Shown one piece after another: positions 41,670 to 49,868 of a stretch of 64,000 nucleotides of DNA (its first letter is position 1; every line of letters starts with the position of its first letter). The notes beneath the pieces are model-generated. The model made no database searches. It saw only the letters and a list, made by a program, of their open reading frames with translations, and had not been told where the DNA came from. Made by a program: the position numbers and the translations under genes. The DNA comes from an uncultured Chloroflexia bacterium (GTDB taxonomy: Bacteria > Chloroflexota > Limnocylindria > Limnocylindrales > CSP1-4): assembly GCA_963734895.1 (NCBI GenBank), contig CAVTIN010000004.1, positions 278,965 to 342,964 of the forward strand. The letters run 5' to 3'.

Positions 41670-42749
41670 TCAGCGCTGGATGCGCGCCGACTCCCCGGCC
41701 GCGAACGCGCGGACCTGCTCGAGCGTGGCCATCGTCGTATCCCCGGGGAACGTCGTCAGCAGCGCCCCGTGCGCCCAGCCGAGCCGCAGTGCGTCCTCGG
41801 GTGTCTCGCCGTTGAGCAGCCCGTAGAAGAACCCCGACGCGAAGCCGTCGCCGCCGCCGACGCGGTCGTAGATGTCGAGCTCGCAGACCGGCGCGACGTA
41901 CGCCTGACCCGCGACCCAGGCGACGGCGCTCCACCGGTGGCGGCTCGCCGACTGCACCTCGCGCAGCGTCGTCGCGACAACCCGGATGCGCGGGAACTCC
42001 CCGACGACCCGGTCGATCATCTGGAGGAACGAGGCCGGGTCCAGACCCGTGCTCTTCACCTCGGGTCCCGGGATCTGCAGGCCGGCCTGGAGGTCCTCCT
42101 CGTTGCCGACGAGGACGTCGACGTGCTCGACGATCCGGCGCAGCACGTCATGGGCCCGGGCGGTGCCACCCAGCGCGTGCCACAGCTTGGCGCGGTAGTT
42201 GAGGTCGAACGAGACGACCGCCCCGGCGTCGTGCGCAGCCTGCATCGCCTCGATGATCAGCTCCGAGGCGGTTGGCGAGAGCGCGGCGAAGATGCCGCCA
42301 CTGTGGAACCAGCGGACGCCCGCGCCGAGGATCGCCGGCCAGTCGAAGTCACCGGGCGCCAGGCGTGCCGCCGCCTCGTTCGCGCGGTTGTAGAACACGA
42401 CCGGACCGCGGGCGCCATGCCCGCGGTCGCTGTACACGGTCGCGATGTTCGGCCCGGTCGCGCCGTCATGCGCGAAACGGCGGTAGAAGGGTGTGACGCC
42501 CATCGTGCGGACCCGTGCCGCGACGAGGTCGCCGATCGGGTAGTCGACCATGGCGGTCGCGATTCCGGTCCGTTGCCCGAACGCGTCGGCCAGGTTTGCG
42601 GCCACGTTGAATTCGCCGCCCGACACGTGGATATCGAAGGACGAGGCCTTCCGGAATGGGACAATGCCGGGGTCCAGCCTCGTGACCACTGCTCCGAGTG
42701 CCAGGAGGTCGAGCGCCCCATCGGCGCGGATCGCCAGCGGATTCGGCAT
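41670..42749 (-). CDS. PfkB-family carbohydrate kinase (KdgK-like)
   Basis: SGGEFNVAANLA (N-terminal GG motif) and a C-terminal DRVGGGDGFASGFFYG (DTxGAGD-type anion hole). Confidence 0.8.
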   Translation of the reverse strand: MPNPLAIRADGALDLLALGAVVTRLDPGIVPFRKASSFDIHVSGGEFNVAANLADAFGQRTGIATAMVDYPIGDLVAARVRTMGVTPFYRRFAHDGATGPNIATVYSDRGHGARGPVVFYNRANEAAARLAPGDFDWPAILGAGVRWFHSGGIFAALSPTASELIIEAMQAAHDAGAVVSFDLNYRAKLWHALGGTARAHDVLRRIVEHVDVLVGNEEDLQAGLQIPGPEVKSTGLDPASFLQMIDRVVGEFPRIRVVATTLREVQSASRHRWSAVAWVAGQAYVAPVCELDIYDRVGGGDGFASGFFYGLLNGETPEDALRLGWAHGALLTTFPGDTTMATLEQVRAFAAGESARIQR

Positions 42750-42900
42750 CGCATCACCTCCGAGCGGCGCGCGGTCGCCGCCTCAACGGGACAATCATCG
42801 CAGGTCTCGACAGGATTGTCCGATTGACAGACAATCCTGGGGTTGATTGAACCGGGGCAACGCCACCGATCCCGGTCAGCGCGTCCCGAGGGAGATCGCC

Positions 42901-44577
42901 ATGGCTCGCGACGTTGGTCCGATCGGTTCGTGGAGCCTGGCGGTTGATGGGCGAGACGGCTCGGGGCAGGGGCGCCACGCCGTGGTCCAGGGGGACGTGC
43001 GCTTCGGGGCATCCGCGGATCCCGCCTTCGGGCGACCGTGCGCGAGGCTGACCGGTGCCGGCCGGCTCGAGGTCGCGGCGCCGGGGGATCTGGCAGCGGG
43101 CGACCTCACGGTTGCGGCGTGGGTCAACGCGGCCGCCGCGCCGACGACCGTGCTCGGTGACATCGTCGCGTGGTTCGACCCACGGGGCCGGCGCGGGTTC
43201 AACCTGGCGTTGGAGCATGGTTCGCCCTGCGGCAGCCACGGCAATGACCGGACGGCCTGGTTCGGGATCGACGCGGAGACGGCACCCGTGTTGACGGACC
43301 ATGGGCGACCGGGCGATGCGACGGTGATGGTCTGCTCCCTTGCGGCCCACGATGGCAGCCTCTACGCGGCCACCTGGGAGCAGGGCCCGGCGCCGCGCGG
43401 GCACGTATATCGACTCGACGGGAGCACCTGGACCGACTGCGGCTCGCCGTGGGACGCCAACGCCGTGACCCGGCTCGCCGTCCATGACGGTGCCCTGTAC
43501 GCCGCCGTGTCGCGGCTGCGGGGCGGCGGATCGGGGCTGGAGGATTCGGCCAACCAGAATCCGGGCGGACGTGTCCTGCGCTACGAGGGCGGGCAAGCCT
43601 GGTCCGACATGGGTCAGGTCGACGGCGCGGACTCCATCGCCGCGCTCGTCCCGTATGCGGGCTCGTTGTATGCCGCGCCGATGTATTCCGAGGGCGTGTT
43701 CCGGTTCGACGGCCCCGGGCACTGGACGTCGTGCGGCTCGCCGGGGCGCCGGCTCCTGGCGCTTGGCGTCCATGGCGGTGCCATGTACGGGGCGGGCAAC
43801 GATCACGCTGATGCCGACGGCGCCATCGCGCTCACCAAGGCCGGGGTCGTGGTGCCGGCGCGGTCGGCCACGGGCGGCGGCGGCGTCTTCCGCTACGACG
43901 GCGACGACCGCTGGGCGAGCTGCGGGCTCCAGCCGGACACCACGCAGCTGTACTCGATCGAGACCTACGGAGACCGGATGCACATCGGCACCTGGCCGAC
44001 CGGCCTGGTGTTCCGCGGGTCCGACCTGGATCGCGACGGTGACGCGAGCTGGCAGGCCATCGGACGCCTCGGCGACGAGACCGAGATCATGAACCTGCAG
44101 GTCCACAACGGGAAGCTCTACGCGGGGACGCTCCCGCATGCGCAGATCTACCGATACGACGATGACGACGATTGGGCGCTCGTCGCGACCCTCGACCAGA
44201 CGCCGGATGTCCGCTACCGGCGCGCAGCGTCGATGGTCGTGTTCGGCGGCGAGCTGTGGGTCGGCACGCTGCCCTCCGGCCATGTCCACTCGCTGCGGGC
44301 GGGCGCCGTCGCGTCGAACGACGGGTCGCTGGCGCCGGGCTGGCACCACGTCGCGGGGGTCAGGCGCGGCTCGGCCGTCGAGCTGTTCGTGGACGGGCAC
44401 AGGGTCGCGACGTCGGGCGTCGCACCGGACATGGGGTCCATCGCCCCGACCGCCGAGACACCGCTGACGATCGGCGGCGGCCCGCGCGCGGGCTTCGAGG
44501 GCGAGCTCGCGGAGGTCCGCCTGTGGGATCGGGCGCTGGACCCCAGGGAGCTCGGGGCGCTGGCGGCGGAGCAGTAG
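42901..44577 (+). CDS. Hypothetical protein: a LamG / concanavalin-A-like lectin-fold domain split by about 330 aa of beta-propeller-like repeats
   Basis: N-terminus: WSLAVDGRDGSGQGRHAVVQGDVRFG...DLTVAAWVNAAAAPT...GFNLALEH (LamG_3-like). C-terminus: GWHHVAGVRRGSAVELFVDGHRVATSG...LTIGGGPRAGFEGELAEVRLWDRALDPRELGAL (terminal LamG strands). In between are at least 8 repeats of the form G(S/A)LYAAT...G.VYR(Y/L)DG..W.DCGSP. No signal peptide is present. Confidence 0.6.
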   Translation: MARDVGPIGSWSLAVDGRDGSGQGRHAVVQGDVRFGASADPAFGRPCARLTGAGRLEVAAPGDLAAGDLTVAAWVNAAAAPTTVLGDIVAWFDPRGRRGFNLALEHGSPCGSHGNDRTAWFGIDAETAPVLTDHGRPGDATVMVCSLAAHDGSLYAATWEQGPAPRGHVYRLDGSTWTDCGSPWDANAVTRLAVHDGALYAAVSRLRGGGSGLEDSANQNPGGRVLRYEGGQAWSDMGQVDGADSIAALVPYAGSLYAAPMYSEGVFRFDGPGHWTSCGSPGRRLLALGVHGGAMYGAGNDHADADGAIALTKAGVVVPARSATGGGGVFRYDGDDRWASCGLQPDTTQLYSIETYGDRMHIGTWPTGLVFRGSDLDRDGDASWQAIGRLGDETEIMNLQVHNGKLYAGTLPHAQIYRYDDDDDWALVATLDQTPDVRYRRAASMVVFGGELWVGTLPSGHVHSLRAGAVASNDGSLAPGWHHVAGVRRGSAVELFVDGHRVATSGVAPDMGSIAPTAETPLTIGGGPRAGFEGELAEVRLWDRALDPRELGALAAEQ

Positions 44578-44606
44578 GCAGCCAACTGCCGAGGCACTGC
44601 CCCGGC

Positions 44607-44668
44607 GCGGTCCGCCGGCCACCGCCGGCCACCGCCGGCCACCGCCGGCCACCACCGGCCACCACCGC
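44607..44668. repeat. 10-nt tandem repeat (ccggccaccg/ccggccacca, about 6 units) in the convergent intergenic spacer
   Basis: ccggccaccgccggccaccgccggccaccgccggccaccaccggccaccaccgcacg, between the stop of the LamG protein (44577) and the stop of the pentahaem cytochrome (44675). Confidence 0.85.
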
Positions 44669-44674
44669 ACGCCG

Positions 44675-45330
44675 TCAGGGTGTGGTGACGCTCCCGACCG
44701 CTGCGGCCGGTTCGGATGTCGCTTCGGGAGACGCGCCGGGGCTCTCGAACAGGTACTGGAACTCCGGGCCGTTGTGGCAGATCCAGCAGCTGTCGCGACC
44801 CTGCATGTCCGCCGGCAGCGGCGCGTGCTCGTCGACGCCATGGCACGAGACGCAGGGCTGGTTGACGCCCATGTGCTCCGGCCGCATCGGGGCGAGGCTG
44901 CCGCCGGCGGTCGTGGTGGCCGGGACCTGGTGGCACACGAGGCAGTCGTCCTTGTGGAGGCTCGAGTGGCCGGGCGCCGTCTGGACCAGTCCATCTGGCT
45001 TGTGGCAGGCGGTGCAGTCGCGGAAGCCCCACAGCGGGTGGCCCAGCTTGGGGATCGGCTTGGTGCCGACCGCGCCCGCGTCGGTCAGGTGGCAGGCGCC
45101 GCAGTCGGAGTCGGGCGGGATCTGGATCCCGATCGGTGACAGTGCCATGGCGGAGCCCGCCGTGGGCACGGGCGTCGGGGTCGCCTCGGATGCGGCGGCA
45201 CGGTCCGCCGTTGTCCCCGTGACGTCCGGCAGTGCGACCACGGCGAGATATCCGGCGACGACGCAGATCGCCACCACCAGGACCGTGATGCTGACTCGGT
45301 AGCCGCGGCCGGCGAGCGCCCGGCGGATCA
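44675..45330 (-). CDS. Membrane-anchored pentahaem c-type cytochrome (NrfB-like)
   Basis: MIRRALAGRGYRVSITVLVVAICVVAGYLAV (TM anchor). Five CxxCH motifs (CGACH, CTACH, CLVCH, CVSCH, CWICH). Confidence 0.85.
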
Positions 45331-46620
45331 TGGCGTCACCTCGGCAACCTCGTGCGCTTCGTGGTGGCGCGTCCACGGCAGCGAGAACCCGAAGTGCACA
45401 TCGGAGTCGCTCATGTCGACGTAGCGCTCGATCAGCGTGTACGCGAACGCGAGCAGCGCGATGGCGCCGGCGATGATCGCGATCTCGACGGGCGACGGCG
45501 TGTACGAGGCGTACGGGTAGGACACGGTCCCGGCGGCCGTCGTCGTCGGCGCGATCTGGCCGCCCGAGACGAACGTCATGCGGTCCACGAACACGCCGAC
45601 CAGCGCCAGCCCGGCCGCGGCGAGCATGCCGCGCGCGGTACGCGTGCGGGGCAGCAGCACGAGCGCCAGCGGGACCGCGAGGCCGGCCGCGATGCGGATG
45701 CCCCAGAACTGCCAGGCCATCGGGCCGAACAGCAGGGCCTCGGTCGCCTCCCGGAGACCACGCTCGGTGCCGATGAGCCCGGCGATCACCTGGCGGCCGA
45801 CGAGGAGCGACACGAGCACCAGCCCGACCGTGAGCAGCAGCCGGATCGAGGGGATGGCCACGCTCGCCGCGCGCTCCGCACCCTCGAGGCCGAATCGCTG
45901 GACGGCGTAGAACACGATGCCCAGCAGCGCGGTGCCCGCGAGGAACGCGGACGCGACCATCAGCACCACCGTGAACGGCCCGTGCCAGAACGGCTTGGCC
46001 GCGATCACCCCGAACACCGCACCCAGCGTCGCCGGCGCGAGGATCGCGATGCCGGCCGCCGTGGTGCACGCGTACTGGTGGATCTTCGGGTGGTCCGTGA
46101 ACATGCTCCAGACCTCGACCAGGAGGACGCACAGGTAGGCGCCGTAGAACACGCCCATCCACCACATCGGCGACGACGGCGACGGCACGAGCACGGCGCC
46201 GAACACCATCCGCACCGGGTAGTGGAGGTCGAGCGCGATGAGCCCGAACGCCGTCGTGAGGCTGAGCACGGCGAGGATCGCGTGGCGCTTCTCGAGCGGG
46301 CGGAAGCGCTCGATGCCGAATACCGTGCCCAGCGATGACGCCAGGCACAGGCCGCTGGTCATGATCGCGAAGAACACGTAGCCGACGATCAGCAGGCCCC
46401 ACTCGAAGCTGGGCGAGGTCCCGAAGACCTCCCAGCCGGGCGGGATCGCGACCAGTGCGGCGACGGCGCCAACGGCCATCACGGCCGACAGGCCGGCCAG
46501 CCACAGCCGCAGGCCCAGCGACATGCTCCGCACCTCGCGGACCAGGGCTGCTGCGGCCGCGAGCGGCTCGATCGGCACGACATAGCGGCCAAGCGTCAGG
46601 GTGTGTCCGGTCGCCTGCAT
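45328..46620 (-). CDS. NrfD/PsrC-family polytopic membrane quinone-interacting subunit
   Basis: 430 aa with 8-10 TM segments. Sits in the NrfD/PsrC/ActC position, immediately after a 4x[4Fe-4S] protein. Confidence 0.8.
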   Translation of the reverse strand: MQATGHTLTLGRYVVPIEPLAAAAALVREVRSMSLGLRLWLAGLSAVMAVGAVAALVAIPPGWEVFGTSPSFEWGLLIVGYVFFAIMTSGLCLASSLGTVFGIERFRPLEKRHAILAVLSLTTAFGLIALDLHYPVRMVFGAVLVPSPSSPMWWMGVFYGAYLCVLLVEVWSMFTDHPKIHQYACTTAAGIAILAPATLGAVFGVIAAKPFWHGPFTVVLMVASAFLAGTALLGIVFYAVQRFGLEGAERAASVAIPSIRLLLTVGLVLVSLLVGRQVIAGLIGTERGLREATEALLFGPMAWQFWGIRIAAGLAVPLALVLLPRTRTARGMLAAAGLALVGVFVDRMTFVSGGQIAPTTTAAGTVSYPYASYTPSPVEIAIIAGAIALLAFAYTLIERYVDMSDSDVHFGFSLPWTRHHEAHEVAEVTP

Positions 46621-46623
46621 TCG

Positions 46624-47784
46624 TCAGGCCTCCTCGATGGCCGGTCCGAGGTACAGCACGCGCGGTCGGGTGCCGTACTCGGGATGAAGCTGCTGAGGAT
46701 TGCGCTCGCGGACGAGCGCGGCGATCTCGCTGTCGGGGCTATTCGCATCGCCGAACCTCCGGGCGCCGACCGGGCACACCTCGACGCACGCGGGCTTGGC
46801 GCCGCGGCTGATGCGGTGGTAGCACCAGGTGCATTTGTCGGCGACGCCGGGCGTGCCGTTGGGGGCGTCCGGGCCTGCGGGAACGATGTACCGGGCACCG
46901 TACGGGCACGCGACCACGCAGTAGCCGCAGCCGATGCAGCGCCGGGAGTCGACCAGGATGATCCCGTCCTCGGTGTGGTACGTGGCGCCGACGGGGCACA
47001 CCGCGGTGCACGGGGAGTCCTCGCACTGCATGCACAGCCGCGGCTCGAAGAAGGCCGCATCGACGGTCTTGCCGGCGGCGCCGGGGGCCGTGGACTGGGG
47101 CGGGAAGCCGTACATCCCGGCCTCCGGGGAGTCCACGTACAGCTCGCCGTCCGACGTCGTCACGTGGCGCTCGATCCAGGTCCGCGTGTAGGCCGCTTCC
47201 TCGGGCACGTCGTTCTCTTCCTTGCAGGCGGAGACGCACAGCCCGCAGCCGATGCACGCCGAGGTGTCGACGACGAACGTCCACGCCTTGCCGGCGGGGT
47301 CGTACGTCGACACGATCGGCGACGCGGCGTCCGAGGTGTCATCGAACACGGGGAACAGGCGGGCCAGCGAGGTCGCGCCGGCGAGGCCACCCGCCACGGC
47401 GAGCCCGAAGCCGAGGAATGCTCGTCGCGAGAGCGATGCCTCGACGATGGCGGGTGCGATCTCCTCGAGCGGGACGAGCGCCGCGACGTCCATGACCAGC
47501 GCCGGCTGGGCGACGGGCTCCGGGTCCAGGGTGATGGCGACCGGCGCCGGTTCAGCGGCAGGCTCGGTCACGACGACAGGCTCGGCCTCGACCTCCGGCT
47601 CGGGGGCGACAGCCGCCTCCGGCTCGGTCACGACGACAGGCTCGGACTGGACGACAGGCTCGGACTCGGCCTCCGGCTCGGGGGCGACAGCTGCCACCGG
47701 CTCCGGGGTCGGCTCGGTCGCCGCCACCGGCTCGTCCGGCTCTGCCGGCGTTCGGACATCGTCGGGAGGCATCGATCCGCTCAT
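46624..47784 (-). CDS. Tat-targeted 4x[4Fe-4S] ferredoxin-type subunit (NrfC/PsrB/HybA-like), with a Pro/Glu/Val-rich N-terminal extension if translated from 47784. The alternative start at 47493 gives a conventional Tat signal.
   Basis: SRRAFLGFGLAVAGGLAGATSLA (twin-arginine motif). Four Cys clusters (CIGCGLCVSAC, CMQCEDSPCTAVCP, CIGCGYCVVACP, CTWC...CVEVCP). The stretch from 47784 to 47494 encodes (PEPV/EPVVVTEP)-type repeats with high GC3 and no stop. The ATG at 47784 overlaps the upstream stop (ATGA). Confidence 0.8.
   Translation of the reverse strand: MSGSMPPDDVRTPAEPDEPVAATEPTPEPVAAVAPEPEAESEPVVQSEPVVVTEPEAAVAPEPEVEAEPVVVTEPAAEPAPVAITLDPEPVAQPALVMDVAALVPLEEIAPAIVEASLSRRAFLGFGLAVAGGLAGATSLARLFPVFDDTSDAASPIVSTYDPAGKAWTFVVDTSACIGCGLCVSACKEENDVPEEAAYTRTWIERHVTTSDGELYVDSPEAGMYGFPPQSTAPGAAGKTVDAAFFEPRLCMQCEDSPCTAVCPVGATYHTEDGIILVDSRRCIGCGYCVVACPYGARYIVPAGPDAPNGTPGVADKCTWCYHRISRGAKPACVEVCPVGARRFGDANSPDSEIAALVRERNPQQLHPEYGTRPRVLYLGPAIEEA
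47560..47720. repeat. Two tandem copies (about 63 nt each, imperfect) encoding the PEPV-rich low-complexity segment
   Basis: ggtcacgacgacaggctcgg(c/a)ct(c/g)ga(c/g)...ctccggctcgggggcgacagc(c/t)gcc(tc/ac)cggctc repeated twice on the plus strand. Confidence 0.7.
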
Positions 47785-48467
47785 CGGGTCCCCGGCTCTT
47801 CATCCGGGCCGCGACCCGCCGCATGGCAGTCGAGGCAGACGGTGTCGTCCGAGGTGCCGGCCGGGTGGCGCTGGTTGCGCTGCTTGAAGCCCTCGGGACC
47901 GTGGCAGGTGAGGCAGGGGGGCAGCCTGTCGAGCGGGTGGGTGACGACCGGCGGCCGCATCGCCACGCCCGTGTGCGGATCGTGGCAGTCGAGGCAGGCC
48001 GAGACGTAGTGGTTGGCGGGGACGATCTGCCGGAAGCTCGCCGGGCGGCCGTCCGCCTGGACGTGGCACTGGACACACACCCCGGCGGTCGGAACCGCGA
48101 CGGCGACCGTCGAGCCGGCCACGTCCGGGCTGGCCAGCGTGTGCGCGAGCAGCGGTCCGTGGCAGCTCTGGCAGCCGATGCCGGCATGGCTCGCGGACGC
48201 TGCCCTGGCCGCCTCGGGCGCGTGGCAGCTGGCGCAGATGCCGCTGCTGGCGAACGACTCGTCGAGGACCGCCCACTGCCGGGCGTTCACGTCGCGGTGG
48301 AGGCTGAAGTCGAGATACGGCGACCAGGCCATCACCGCGCCGGCGAACAGCACGACTGACAGGACGGCCGCACCGGCAAGGATCGCGACCACGCCGAGCA
48401 CGCCACCGCGGCGGGTCCGGGGGCGGACGCTGAGCCAGAACGCTCGGGCGCGTGACAGGGCGTTCAC
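47781..48467 (-). CDS. Membrane-anchored hexahaem c-type cytochrome
   Basis: N-terminal TM segment (VLGVVAILAGAAVLSVVLFAGAV). Six CxxCH motifs (CASCH, CQSCH, CVQCH, CLDCH, CLTCH, CLDCH). Confidence 0.85.
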   Translation of the reverse strand: MNALSRARAFWLSVRPRTRRGGVLGVVAILAGAAVLSVVLFAGAVMAWSPYLDFSLHRDVNARQWAVLDESFASSGICASCHAPEAARAASASHAGIGCQSCHGPLLAHTLASPDVAGSTVAVAVPTAGVCVQCHVQADGRPASFRQIVPANHYVSACLDCHDPHTGVAMRPPVVTHPLDRLPPCLTCHGPEGFKQRNQRHPAGTSDDTVCLDCHAAGRGPDEEPGTR

Positions 48468-49180
48468 AGGTTCGCCGGATTGAGCAGGCCGCGGCGGACG
48501 GTGAACCGGAGCAGCTCCACGCGATCGTGGAGGCCGAGCTTCTCCATCATGTTGGCCCGGTGGTAGTGGACGGTCTGCTCGGACAGCTGGAGCGACCGCG
48601 CGATGTCGCGATTGGTGTGCCCCATCGACGCGAGCAGCAGGATCTCCCGCTCTCGTTCCGACAGCGACTCGTACGGATCGTCGAGCGAGGCATCGGGGCT
48701 GTGGCGGACGTAGGTGTCGACGATCCGGGTCACGATCGCCGGGCTCACGTAGGTGTGGCCGGCCGCAACGCTGCGCACCGCCTCGACGAGCTCACCCTCC
48801 ATCGTCTCGCGGGTGAGGAACCCGTTGGCACCCGCCTTGAGGGCAACCGAGAACTGCTCGGCCGCGCAGCGGCAGTCGAGCGCGATGATCCTCGTATGGG
48901 GGCACGCGGCGCGGACGACGCCGATTGCCTCGAAGGTTGCGCATCCGAAGCCGCCGAAGGCCTCGCACTCCATGACCACGACGTCGGCCGCGGCCGTCTG
49001 GATGTCCTCGACGATGGTGTCGCGGTTCGCGACCTGGCCGACGACGTGCAGGTCGGGCTCGCGGTCGATCACCTCGCGGAAGGCGCTCGCGAGGAGCGGG
49101 AAGTCGACGATCGCGAGCAGCACGCCGAGGCGGGACACGTCCTGCCCCGCGCGCCCGGGAGCGTCGCGAGTGGTGGCCAC
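48464..49180 (-). CDS. LuxR/NarL-family response regulator with an atypical receiver domain (phospho-acceptor Asp replaced by Glu)
   Basis: Receiver: LLAIVDFPLL...DVVVMECEAFGG (expected ...LxDLxMP...), ...FLTRE (conserved Lys replaced by Arg). C-terminal LuxR HTH: LSEREREILLLASMGHTNRDIARSLQLSEQTVHYHRANMMEKLG. Stop overlaps the start of the hexahaem cytochrome gene. Confidence 0.8.
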   Translation of the reverse strand: MATTRDAPGRAGQDVSRLGVLLAIVDFPLLASAFREVIDREPDLHVVGQVANRDTIVEDIQTAAADVVVMECEAFGGFGCATFEAIGVVRAACPHTRIIALDCRCAAEQFSVALKAGANGFLTRETMEGELVEAVRSVAAGHTYVSPAIVTRIVDTYVRHSPDASLDDPYESLSEREREILLLASMGHTNRDIARSLQLSEQTVHYHRANMMEKLGLHDRVELLRFTVRRGLLNPANL

Positions 49181-49193
49181 CTGCCCGGCCCGC

Positions 49194-49535
49194 TCAGCGC
49201 CGCGACTGTTCGTGGTTGGTGGGTTCGTGATGCCGGACCACGGCCGCCCAGCCGAACGGCATCAGCACCATGAGCACCGTCACCACGATCGCACCGGCCA
49301 TGGCGGCTGCCGACCCGAAGGCGAACAGCAGGATGTGGAGCAGGATGAACGCCGCCGCCGACCCGCACCACAGGGTCAGGGTCACCAGGCCGATCCAGGC
49401 CGCAACCCGCGCGCCACGTCCGCCGCGCGCGCCCAGCGCCAGCCACGCGACCAGGCCGACGACCCCCTCGACGAGGATCAGGATCGGCAGGATCAGCGCG
49501 ATATCTTCTGTGACTTCCCCGATCTGCATGGCCAT
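49194..49535 (-). CDS. Small membrane protein (3 TM), hypothetical
   Basis: MAMQIGEVTEDIALILPILILVEGVVGLVAWLALGA...AWIGLVTLTLWCGSAAAFILLHILLFAF...AGAIVVTVLMVLMPFGWAAV. The N-terminal 60 aa of the longest ORF are rejected. Confidence 0.45.
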   Translation of the reverse strand: MAMQIGEVTEDIALILPILILVEGVVGLVAWLALGARGGRGARVAAWIGLVTLTLWCGSAAAFILLHILLFAFGSAAAMAGAIVVTVLMVLMPFGWAAVVRHHEPTNHEQSRR

Positions 49536-49868
49536 CTCTCCCGCCGTGTGTCGGTTCCCACTACCGTTAGCTGCGGCCATCGTCGGACGAAGAGGGCACG
49601 CGGGGCCAGACACGGCGGGTGGCTGACGGCGCAGCGTGCGCGTCGAACATCGTGGACGGTGGTGCACATCGCGGCGATGGCCGTCCGTTCCCATGGCAAC
49701 GCAGGTACTGTCGCGCGCCAACGCGCGTCGACATGGAGGTGACTGCCGTCAGCCGGGATCGGTGGCGGAGGTCAGCCCGCCCGGGGCCGCACGCCCGGCC
49801 TCAGCCGGGAATGGCGGCATCGCAGTCTGGCCCCGAGTGAGGTCCCCTGCGCTCAAATGCGTGCTGTC

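Noticed and set aside
44607-44668. The 10-nt tandem repeat considered as a CRISPR array
   Set aside because: The unit is far too short (10 nt), there are no unique spacers, and no cas genes are nearby. It is a simple microsatellite.
47494-47784. PEPV-rich segment considered as an independent small gene or as a C-terminal tail of the hexahaem cytochrome
   Set aside because: It is in-frame with, and continuous into, the downstream FeS protein and out of frame with the cytochrome, whose stop at 47781 precedes it. It is kept as a possible N-terminal extension or intergenic repeat of the FeS gene.
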